The position numbers and the translations under genes are program-made. The notes under the pieces were generated by a model. That model saw only the letters and a program-made list of their open reading frames with translations. It was not told where the DNA came from and made no database searches. Below, one piece after another: positions 23,051 through 33,660 of a DNA stretch of 55,166 nucleotides. Positions within the stretch are counted from its first letter, which is position 1. Each line of letters opens with the position of its first letter. This stretch comes from Catajapyx aquilonaris. Its lineage: Eukaryota. The stretch lies in assembly GCA_000934665.2 (NCBI GenBank), contig KZ538160.1:62001-117166 (forward strand). The letters are read 5' to 3'.

Positions 23051-25727
23051 TAAGCTAAAAAGGCATTCTCTAAAAATGAGGGTCGATTATATTTTTTTTT
23101 CACATTCAAATTAAACATTCTTTTGCAACCGAATGTACTGTCCACCTCAATTTTGTAGCTACAGTACAACTGCTACAGCGCATCTACGTCCATGTACACC
23201 ATACAAATCGATCCAGACACTGCGCTATCTCCGAAATAAATTATCATCCAGACAACCACTACAAACGCCGCACGGGTCACATCGGAAATCCCAAAGTTAT
23301 GTCCCACAAAAATATGCCGACTACCAGATTCGAAGGAGGGGAAGAAAAGGTACAAACTTGTTGCCTCGCTTCACAACACAAAGATAGGCGAGTTTGTGGA
23401 AAATTAAACTTGGGGAGGCCGTTTGCAAGGCAGCAAGGGAAGTCAAGGAGAGGGGGGGGGGGGTGACGAGGGTAAGGGAGGGAGCTATCGTAATTCGCGA
23501 TTGTTTGAGGAAGAATCGGCGGGGAAGAAGCTGCGAGGAGGTCGTAAATTATAAAGGAAAGCTTTATCTATGGTCGGGAGGGAAGTACCTGACTCGAACC
23601 TTTAATTGGAGGAATAAATGAAAGTTGCCGACTAATGAAATCGAAGGGTTAATTCGCAATCTTGGGGAACTAGGAGGGGGGTGGATAGTGTGGGTGGGAT
23701 TTCCCTACGGATCCTTTTATCGGCCACGCGACTTCTTCCGGCAGCCTCTTCCTCTAACTGCTTCTCCTCCTAATGAAGGCGATTATACGCTCAGATTCGC
23801 CTCGGCAGCACCCAAGCCATCATGGCTACAGCCTTCTTCTTCGCACCCAAACGCAACCCCCGACAATTAGAAACATGGCAAACCCTAAAACCCCCCCACC
23901 CCAGCAAAAACCCTTCTCGCCTAATTGCAGCCTAATCGAACTCTCCTCCTGTCTGGCCCTTCCTGGTCCTGTTGGGAATTGCGCTTAGACACCTGTACAC
24001 TTAACTCTCTTCTGGTGCTCGAGCAGGAGCCAATTATTGCCTTCAACAATTCAGCGGAGGAGTAAGTTGTGTTTTCATTATGGAACTTTTCCTCTCGGCT
24101 GTTTGCGAAATTTCTTCTGCGTGGTCGTTAAAAAGTTTTCCGGGAAAGTCGTTAAGGTAGTGTCGCCCAGTTTTCAGATCCGGCAAAAACCTAACTAATT
24201 ACAAAGTAATCGTTGAATATCGTGCAATGTATGAGACTAAAAGAACATGCTGGGGGTCTTGTGTATTTCTGCTAGTTACATGGCACTCAGGAGGAATGCA
24301 CTAAGGTCACTCTAGAACTCGTGGTTATTTTAATTAAATATAGTGTCAGAAACCAACATGAATAATGAATGGTGTAACTACAGGCCTGGGTACAAGGTAA
24401 TTGTTTACAGTAATATGCGCATTAACTGTATAGCGGTGTAGCGTTTTTAGTCCATGTATGTCGCCTATGTTTATATTATCTACTTTTAAAACCTTTTGGC
24501 CTCCAAGTCATAATTAAACTTTAGAAGTTCATATTTACATAATATACCAGATTTCTAAATTAGATATTTTATTCAATACTACTATGAACATAGTTTCGTA
24601 TATGATGCTCTCGGATGTGGAATGGCTGTAGCCTCAACTACTACAGTATTCTGCCGCACTCCCCTGCTTTGTATGCTTATTATTTCACTCTCATCGTGCC
24701 ACCCAAGTATGACTAACATGCATAGTAATAATGGCCATATCATTATTATACATATGAACTACTGCATTTTATCTTGCTTACCCGCATTCTAACTGTAAGT
24801 GGCAAAATAAGGGTAAAATATTTTATTAACATACTAATACATAATACAAAGGGTATGAGATAACTAGATGTTTAAAATAATTGCACTCGATATTGTGAAG
24901 TTGTGCTACAACAACTACATATTGTACATGCAAATTATTGCTTTTTCACATCATAATAATTGAAAAAAGGGGTGTTCTCAAACCTGTCAAGTGCACTTTT
25001 CTGAAAGAAATTGAGTTTCCAGCCACGCCTTTCAGTTGATTGTCAAGTACATGCAACACTTTTAGAACTAATATGGTTGTTCAGTGAAATTTGAAAATTG
25101 AGCTCGAGTAAGGAAATACCTTATCGATTTCCTCGCTGCCATGTCTTGTGAATTTCTTCAGTTTTTTTTTAAAAAAAGAAATGCTCTTCAATTATTTATC
25201 AGGTTACATTATTTTGATCGTTCACTTAGGAGGAAACGTCAAAACACTAATGTTGACATTTTAATATAAAGGGTGGTACTTCTTTCTGATACTAATTCAG
25301 TGTATAATATGCCTTGTTATATACCAGTGACATATTCCAACTGATACACTTACCTTATTTATAAATTTAATGTGATGCATCAGTGCATTGTAGTATGATC
25401 GCATCAGCACCACTTTAAAAAACCGAAAAATATAACGTAGTTAATAATAATTGATGAAAAATTAAAATCAGAAATAAACACATAAATAAGCACATCGTGA
25501 TTTCCCATTATGGAATAAATTTTTGTCAAAAACTTCTCTAGGGGGTATATACAGTATATTTTGCTGTCAGAACACTGACGTGTCCATCAGAAAGTATTCG
25601 TCAAAGTCTTTAGAAAAACCTTAAAAGATGATTACTAAACTGCCTGGAACTCAGGAGCACTATATTTTTCCAGATTTTTCCAATAAGGCAGATAACATTT
25701 TTATTGTCTTAAAAACTCACTGTAGAG

Positions 25728-26098
25728 CAGGATGTTCCCGAATTCATCTGCTAACATGATACGGGTGGTAGGGAATGCACATGGAAAAAGAAGAATGGCA
25801 TGGGTCCGAAAGGACGTCGACAAGTAACAAGTATGGATACCCCGCACATGCCTGCATTGCTGGTTGCCGGATTCAGGCGCTCGCACTACCAGACCATCCA
25901 CTACTCAACCGCCTGACTCCGGCAACCAGCAATGCGGGCATGTAAGGGGGTATCTATTCAGGATACACATCGTGGAGGTCAAAGGTCGACATCTCCTAGA
26001 CGTAGCGTCTCCGTACTTTCGGGCCCATGCCATGCCTTTACCATACGCACCCCCCTACTATCCATATCATTTCGGCAGACGAATTCTGGAACACCCTG
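25728..26098. mobile_element. Mariner-like palindromic MITE (CAGGGTG-type ends), older
   Basis: caggatgttcccgaattcatctgctaacatgat vs atcatttcggcagacgaattctggaacaccctg|TA. Inner arms acatgcctgcattgctggttgccggattcaggcg / cgcctgactccggcaaccagcaatgcgggcatgt. Confidence 0.75.
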
Positions 26099-26229
26099 TA
26101 GAGTGTTTTCAACTAAACAAATGTTTCTCTTAACTTCAAATGATATTAACACTGTTACCAAATGAACGAGCCCTATAAAACCAAGCCCCAATTCCAGCTT
26201 GAAAAAATTGTGGCTGAGCAATAACTTAA

Positions 26230-27661
26230 GGGGGGGATAAAGAGAATTTGGGAGTAAAGTTCTCGCTAACTAACAACAGCAGAACCGATTTTTTTGTATG
26301 TAAATTGTGTAATTAACTGACCTCTCTCTTACACATGTGTAATGTACTTTTCCCATATTCTTATTGTATAGTACTTGCCCTGATCTGAAAATATTGGGAC
26401 ACCCCCAAAAAATGGAGTGGTGGGGTTATACACAGGATGTGATAAAAAGTTTCCATTAAGATTATCTGGACTTTAGAATGGATAATTATGAATAGTAACA
26501 ATTGAGCTAGGAGGATACCACATTTGAAGTTAATTTGACAGTTAACAACTGAAATAAATACGATTATACCTTGGACAGTGAATTTCTGTGGGGTCTGGTA
26601 AAAATTGCTGCCACTATGTTAATTTCTTACTTAGCGGGATGTAAATGTTGATAATGAACCTGAGGGGCCGCACAAACCCAAAAACAGTTATGACATTAAT
26701 TACAAAAAATCTAGCACAAAATTAAAAAATATTTATCGCAAGTGGATTTTTTCAGAAATTGATACACTTGGCTGTACCACATTTAACGGTGTTATTTATT
26801 AATAAATTAAAATGTGACAGTATTGTTTATCTAGAACTCAGTCCAATGTGCTATGATAAAAAATTTCATTGCAATTAAAGTAAAATGGCTTTGAATATTC
26901 CTTAATTCAAAAATGCACAGAAAATGGCATATCTGCAAGCAATGATAAATATTTTTTATTTTTGTGCTAGATTTTTTGTAATTAATGTCATAACTGTTTT
27001 TGGGTTTGTGCGGCCCCTCAGGTTCATTATCAACATTTACATCCCGCTAAGTAAGAAATTAACATAGTGGCAGCAATTTTTACCAGACCCCACAGAAATT
27101 CACTGTCCAAGGTATAATCGTATTTATTTCAGTTGTTAACTGTCAAATTAACTTCAAATTTCGTATCCTCCTAGCTCAATTGTTACTATTCATAATTATC
27201 CATTCTAAAGTCCAGATAATCTTAATGGAAACTTTTTATCACATCCTGTGTATAACCCCACCACTCCATTTTTTGGGGGTGTCCCAATATTTTCAGATCA
27301 GAGCAAGTATTTTAAGAAGTCATTTGCATTCGGGAGTAAATTACGCCGTCGTAAAATTTTAAGTGATGTCGTAACAAGCACCCAAAAATGCAGAAAAATG
27401 AGGTGCTCCGGACCCGTGAAGCCGATTTTTATATTTAGCTATAACCTTTCGGCAAATAATAATTTTGTCAAAATTTGACTGATTTGAGAACTTACTAGAA
27501 GTTGGGGAACCCTAATTTTCACGGGTTTTACTGTGCCTAGAGGGAATGGTCAACCGCAAACGCGACCCTTCTTTTGTGTAGGGAGGGTGGGATCCACTGT
27601 CTCCTCTTTCGGCCGGAGTTGGAACTCGAAGAAGTCCGGATTTTCGTTATCCCCCCCCCCC
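26230..27661. mobile_element. Kolobok-like non-autonomous element hosting a nested insertion
   Basis: TTAA (26226-26229)|GGGGGGGATAAAGAGAATTTGG ... CCGGATTTTCGTTATCCCCCCCCCCC|TTAA (27662-27665). About 500 bp long once the nested element is removed. Confidence 0.65.
26374..27307. mobile_element. Young long-TIR (foldback-like) non-autonomous element with TA TSD, Tc1/mariner-type
   Basis: Arms 26374-26737 and 26944-27307 are reverse complements with about 4 mismatches seen by eye. The spacer is 206 bp and AT-rich. TA at 26372-26373 and 27308-27309. Confidence 0.93.
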
Positions 27662-28549
27662 TTAACACACAGTATTTTAAAAAACTATTTTCAAACTATT
27701 TGAACAACAGATTCCGGAGTACTTTTTATAAGATTGTAAAGCTATCACGACACAATTTTTAAACCAATAAGGTGTACAGATGCTGAGTGACACGCAATTT
27801 TGCACTTTATAGTTCGCACGGTCCTTCTGGTCATATAAAAACTACTTCTGCACGTGTTCTTGAAATAGTCTCAAAATAGAAGATTTTTTACTTATACCCC
27901 CACCATTTTTCAGGCTGGAGTTAGGCCTTTGTTCTATTGAGGAATTTTGTATTACTCCACTAAATCAATTTAGTTGCTGCAACGATGCAATTTTTTTAGT
28001 GCACCATACCTGCCTGGGCGAAAAAGAGAATTCTATATCAATCTGGCAGACCTACAGCCTCAGTCCCCCCCCCCAGTTAATGTTGATCCGCACTGCGCAT
28101 TACATAAAACTACCCCCCCCCCCCCAACAAACTCAATTAGCCCAGTATTGCAACAAAAGAGAACTGGAACAATCCCTCATTAGGAAGTCCACTGTCCACC
28201 TATACATATAACGTGTTTCCATGAAACACCTCCATAAAGAGTCATGCTTCAGATACTACCATATGTAAAGTACTTTTAAATATTTAAACTGCCCGACTAA
28301 TGGAAGTGACTACTCACATTCTCATCACTATTACCGGACACATCTTATAAAATAGTACATTTGGTACGTAGCCAGACTATGTAATAAGGCAACGTACTAT
28401 ACGGCATCATTCGGAGAGACGAAGATGCAGGCCTTAATAATTTGAAGGAGGGCAGCAGGCAGGTCCTGAGCCTGTTCTGGTTGGGAGGAACCGAGTTGGA
28501 TGTGGTGCTGACGTGCTCCTCGCCTTTCTTTTAAGCAATTACCAGCCCC

Positions 28550-28695
28550 TCGGATTGGCACTGACAGCCAAAGAGGCCGCCGGATAACTTCTTAGAGCCT
28601 TACTGCCTCCTCCGCCCCAAATTAGGATCCGCACAAGCCCGCCCTAACACTACATTGCAGAAACTCAGTCACACATTCGCCGACGCCATCTTTCA
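28550..28695 (+). promoter_or_regulatory. Possible TATA-less core promoter
   Basis: Reverse CCAAT (~28554), two CCGCCC GC boxes (~28612, ~28629), Inr-like TCAGTC (28665-28670), then YY1/Pho-like CGCCATCTT (28684-28692). No downstream exon identified. Confidence 0.22.
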
Positions 28696-29603
28696 CTACT
28701 CAGAGCCTAATATTTGAACACGAGGCTCGCTGGGTAGTAATCAAGTCTACTAATGTATATACGACGTGCCAGATTAGGCTTATTGAAACCATGACTCTTC
28801 ACCTTGGAGTGAAAATTAACAATTAATTTTCGTTGCCGATAGGAGAAAGTGACGGGGAGGCTATAGTCTCGTGATGGAAGTGAAACACTTGCAGCGGTAA
28901 TGTATGATCAGAGGAACGGCTGTCGCTGCATGCATGAAAAAAATAACACGCCCAACGCCCTGGGGTAAATAATAATTTTAAAAATGAACATAACGTGGCC
29001 CAGATTTGCTCAAAACGCTAATCTGTAGGACCCTACTGGTAAATAGTCTACTCTGTAATTCATACAGAGGGACATCCACATGCTTGTAGATTGTGAACAG
29101 CGCTATTGACGCTCACTGAATTATTTTAAAATGAAATATCCACCATGAATGTGGCATTCCTGCTGTTCATTTCAACGTGAAGCTCATTATTATCGCATCA
29201 TTTCGCATATGTTGCAGAAGTGTGGGTTACTTGTGCAGGTAATACTGGTTTGTACTAGTGATATGCATGGAAAACATTTTTAACCATCGGGGAACAATAC
29301 CTCATGCTAGGCCACAATTATCCAGAGTTTCTGTACAGATGATCGAGCATCATTTCCAATAGTCATAGCCTGGCAGCCCTGGGCAGTGCACCGAAAATAG
29401 TACTAACTTGTCAGTGTAGCAATTTTCATAACTCCTTGAGATGACAATAAAAATTATAACAATATCATTTATATTTCTTCAAGATTCAAACATTATATCG
29501 GAATTAAATTACACAACAATTCAAAAGGATCTGAAAATAGTGAAATATTCATAATCTGATATGATGATAACATTGACTCCAAAAATTTACTCAATAATTA
29601 GGC

Positions 29604-30011
29604 CTACATATTCTGAAACACTTTCCTGCTCTTAATGAGAAAGATGACCTTATAACCCAGTTTGCCAATGTCACAGCGTTGATCAATTTGGAATCTCGTT
29701 TGTTGCTTGATAAGAAGTTTCAAAGCATCCTCACTCCACGTCATTGTTTCAACTGACCATCGCACCAAGAACCTTCTAACAATCTGCCCCAAGTATCTAC
29801 GAGTATCCATTGGGCCATTTCTTTTCCCCCAAACTAATATCAACTCCCTGGCGTACGAATCCAGCATGGTGGCAAAGGTCCAAAGTGTGTAGCCACCTCT
29901 TGCCAGGTAATACGTCCGATTGCCCCCCATACATTTCAAGACCCTCGAAGTATGTCTGTCCTGAAAAAGTTTCAGTTGTACTCCAGCAGCTGTTGAGCGC
30001 CAAGATTGCCT
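29604..30011 (-). pseudogene. Possible decayed CR1/L2-group LINE reverse transcriptase (C-terminal part)
   Basis: A 135-codon stop-free frame reads KLFQDRHTS (cf. KLFADDTS) ... W..A.ML....ELILVWGKR (cf. W..AN.L.LN..KTE.I.F) ... RFLVRWSVETMTWSED (cf. KFLG..ID..LTW..H) ... KLGYK. Motif order and spacing fit, but identity is low. Comparison by eye only. Confidence 0.3.
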
Positions 30012-31035
30012 TCATTAGGCTGAAGTCCTAACTACCCATGTCTTGGCCTGAATGTTCACGTGCGCGTGGAATGGTCTCTCAACTGCTTCTTTTTTAACAT
30101 TTTTTTTTTTTTTGGTCCTGTTCTTCTTCTTCATCCCCAAGACTTCTTGTGTTCAGCCCGTAGGCGAGTCTTCCGGAAAAGAAAACACTCTGGGAGGCTT
30201 CCAGGGACGCATTTTCCACGTCACTTGTTAGGAAAAGTAGAAGGGCAAGAGGCTGCTCCACGGAAGGAGGGAACGAAGATGCGGCTGCATGAAAAGGGTG
30301 CAGAAGAAGAAAAAAAATAGAAAAAAAAAGAAGAAGAAAAAATTGAGGAGGAGGAGGAAGAGTTGCCCACGCTTATGGTTCTGCATTGATCCCGCCGGTG
30401 CAATATGTAGCGCGCAGGAGAATTCAACCTTGTTTCTCCAAAAAAAAAAAAAAAAAAAAAAAGCGGGAAATGGAGCTAGTATCAACATAGCAGGAAATTG
30501 CACCCTACCAACTAACGCTTTTTGCCATGCCCAAAGAAGTGGAAATCCCTGCAAAAATTAAGCGCCGGTTTGCCTGAATTTCACGCGTTATTAAACTTTT
30601 ATCTTACTTTCATTATGACAGTAATAGCGGGCAGCAGCATTGCGGAGATATTCGTGCTTTGAGAGTTCATCTATAGCCCATATGCAGTGTGTTACGATTG
30701 AAGTGTCCGTTGAAGAAACTTTTTTTTTGGAAATAAGCTGCTTATTATTAGGTATGGTACTTAGGTTTATATGGTATCAATTACATATGCTAATACGTAT
30801 TATTCATTAAGACGAATTAACCATCCGATATCAAGAGTTGAACCGATTTTTCGCAACCTTGACCGTCATAAATTTGTTTAAAAGATTCGACCTAATATAG
30901 CAGCTAATTTCTGATAGCCCAAAGTTTTATGCTTATAAATTTATTAAAATAAATCTAACAATATTATATGGACTGTTCTATCGGAACAAGCTGTATTTAT
31001 ACTATCTGTGCGACATATTATTGTCACTCCTTATT

Positions 31036-31200
31036 CGAGCAGGAAACAACTTGATAAATCTGTTGTACATATTTCATAAATATTGATCATTGTTATCCAA
31101 ATATATCATCCATAAATTCTCCGTAAATCTTCTATAAATCCTCCATATAAATTCTCCATAAAACAGCTGAACACCTAATCAAGTTGTTGTTTCCGCCTCG
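31036..31200. mobile_element. Small MITE-like element with internal ~11-bp repeats
   Basis: CGAGCAGGAAACAACTTGAT ... ATCAAGTTGTTGTTTCCGCCTCG with flanks ccttatt / ctttatt. Internal taaat(t/c)(c/t)tc repeats at ~31112-31162. Confidence 0.5.
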
Positions 31201-33429
31201 CTTTATTCAGCATGGATGCTATCAACATACCCGGAATAATCGTCATTCAGAATTATTCACTGAAAAGATACTACTGATTGGTAAATTCAATAAAACTGCG
31301 CAAGGACCCAGCTTATACCTCAGCTTGCTATGCACATGATGGGACCTTCGGTATCAAGTCCCACTATCCCGGGAGTACACTGTAGATTTTTACTGCCTTC
31401 GAAATACGAAAGTACTAGTGTGGCGATGAAGCGACCATTAAGGGTCAAAACACCTGCGCCTATAGTATACCGGAAGCGAAAACCAAGCCATGCATCCCAC
31501 GTTTTAGATGCAAGTTACTGTATAAGCTCACTGAGAATTTGGCCATTTGCTGCCTGATGATACTATATACCACCTACAGTATTGTGGTGGAGCACATTTT
31601 CACAAAAGAATGAGGGTAACAACCCTGTACAAGGACGGCTTATACAGGTGGGTAGGGAAAGATCCAAACAAATAAATTGCAAAAAGTTCTTTTTGTAAAG
31701 TTTGAACCGGCCCTTTGAGCTCTAGGTGAACGATGATGGTAAACAGGCCTTCAATTCGGAAGATTGCAGTGTCCGAAGAATACAGAGCCCTCGCCTAGCA
31801 ATATTCAGTGGTGCGTATGCTATATCTCCAACGTGGGCTGCAGAGACACAAAGATAGAAAATCATAACAACCTGTATAACGACCTCAGAAAACCATCGAA
31901 GCGGTTATTACCTGAAATGAAGTCATCAGAAGCCCTATAATCCACAGGCTGCGCAATCATGATGATAACCAGACATGGAAAGGGCCCAGTGGGCGGTTCT
32001 TTTGTTAGTAACGAAGCCCGGCTAAGAAGTTGAGCGATGTCGCATCAAGAAATCAGGACATTCACTTCAAAGAGCATGTCCCAGGCAGGAATCTGAGAAG
32101 CTCCATCTATTCTGCCCCATTCGTGCAAGCCAGCCTCATTGGAATTGGGCAAGGCCTGTTCCCTCTCCATCATATCTCAACCATGATCTGGGCCATAGAT
32201 CACTCCCGCACATTCATAAGAGGTTTTATTTCACCCACTACTCCCGCTAAGTGCTAGAAATTTAATCTTAATTACTATACTTACACTGAATAATATCGAA
32301 AGGTTGAACGGAGGTGGAGTACGGAAGCTTTACAGGTGCAACAGGTCTGTATAACTTATAAGTAGATTCGTATAGCAAAATTATCCAGTGTACTTGACCA
32401 AAGTGCTCCGCTTACACTGCTGTAATCGATCCTTCAGTGAAGCACGCACTATAAATGGACAGTATGAAGTGGAACATGTGGAGTACCAGCCAAATTAATA
32501 TAATAGCCTCCTCCAACCAGAACCCATTTGAAACAAAGTACACGCAACACTGGCGAGCAAGCAGGTTCCTCAACAGCACTAAGAGCCAACGGCTGTGTCT
32601 GTGGTGTTTCTGATGAAATGGCGTTACAAGACGGTGTTGGCGTGGATGCAAATGGATGTGGGTGGGGCTTCCTCCTTTCGGACGTGCATTTGGGCGCTAA
32701 CGGATCACGAAGCATTAATTTGATAAGGCAGCAGCAAGGAAGGGAAGAGGAAGAGTGGTGGCAATCAGCATAGAGTGTATACTAGGCTAGCCTGCGCCTA
32801 GTAAAGTGTAGAGGCAAAGGGCCGTGGAGACTTCGGCCAGCCTTAAAAGCGACCGCTTGTTGAAACTTTGATGACGACGGCGGAAGCAAGCGAGCGCGTG
32901 TTAGCTTGCTCACGGTTGACTTTAGTACCACTTTGTGGGAGGTAGGGGATAGACTGCACTATACTACAGGACGGGGTTAAAAACGCGAGGAGGTGGTCCC
33001 AGGAGGGATATAAACAAAGCCTTGGTGGATGCTGACGTGTCCTAGAGCCCATTGCGCTTGATGGCTCTTCTTCCCCATGCCCAACCGGAAAAAGGTAGGC
33101 AGCGTGATACACACACATACTCACACACACATACAAAAGAGAGGGGACCCTTCCTCCAGGGAGCTCTAAACTAAGGGCTACTTAGCCAGGTGATGCCTGA
33201 CGCCAGAGGATAATCATTTTCTTAACCAACAGCATAAATCCTCATTCTCTGGCTACTATGCTGTCGTGGGGTTTTGCAGGCAGACGATGTAAGTGCAGCC
33301 GACTATCATGGGCCCACTGATTCATTGGGGTCCTTCCCAGAGAGGGGACTTACAGGCTCCAAAGCAGCTAGGGATGTCGAGTAGATAAAAAGGCGGGAAA
33401 TTCAATGATCTTTATATGCCTCTCGGCCA

Positions 33430-33660
33430 TTACATATCGATGTTGAAGTCCGCTAAGTAAATGTAGGATATTTTTTTACCATTTTGGATGGAGAAGTTCA
33501 GATACCAGTCCAGAATTTTCAAGTGTTCAAATGGAACATCTCTTGAATGTTTAAAAAGTAGGCTAGATTGACATACTATACATATCTGATGGTAAAACAT
33601 GATTTTGGCCTCCCTTATTGATATGTTACGTCTCAGTATGTCACGTTCGGAATTACAAAC
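33430..33660 (-). pseudogene. Possible decayed LINE APE-type endonuclease fragment
   Basis: Translation ends ...FEHLKILDWYLNFSIQNGKKISYIYLADFNIDM. LADFNID (33436-33456) is one base change from the APE motif LGDFNID. Downstream motifs are not recognisable. Confidence 0.33.

Noticed and set aside
30031..30044. 14-nt minus-strand match to the interior of miR-71
   Set aside because: The seed is missing and there is no hairpin; treated as chance.
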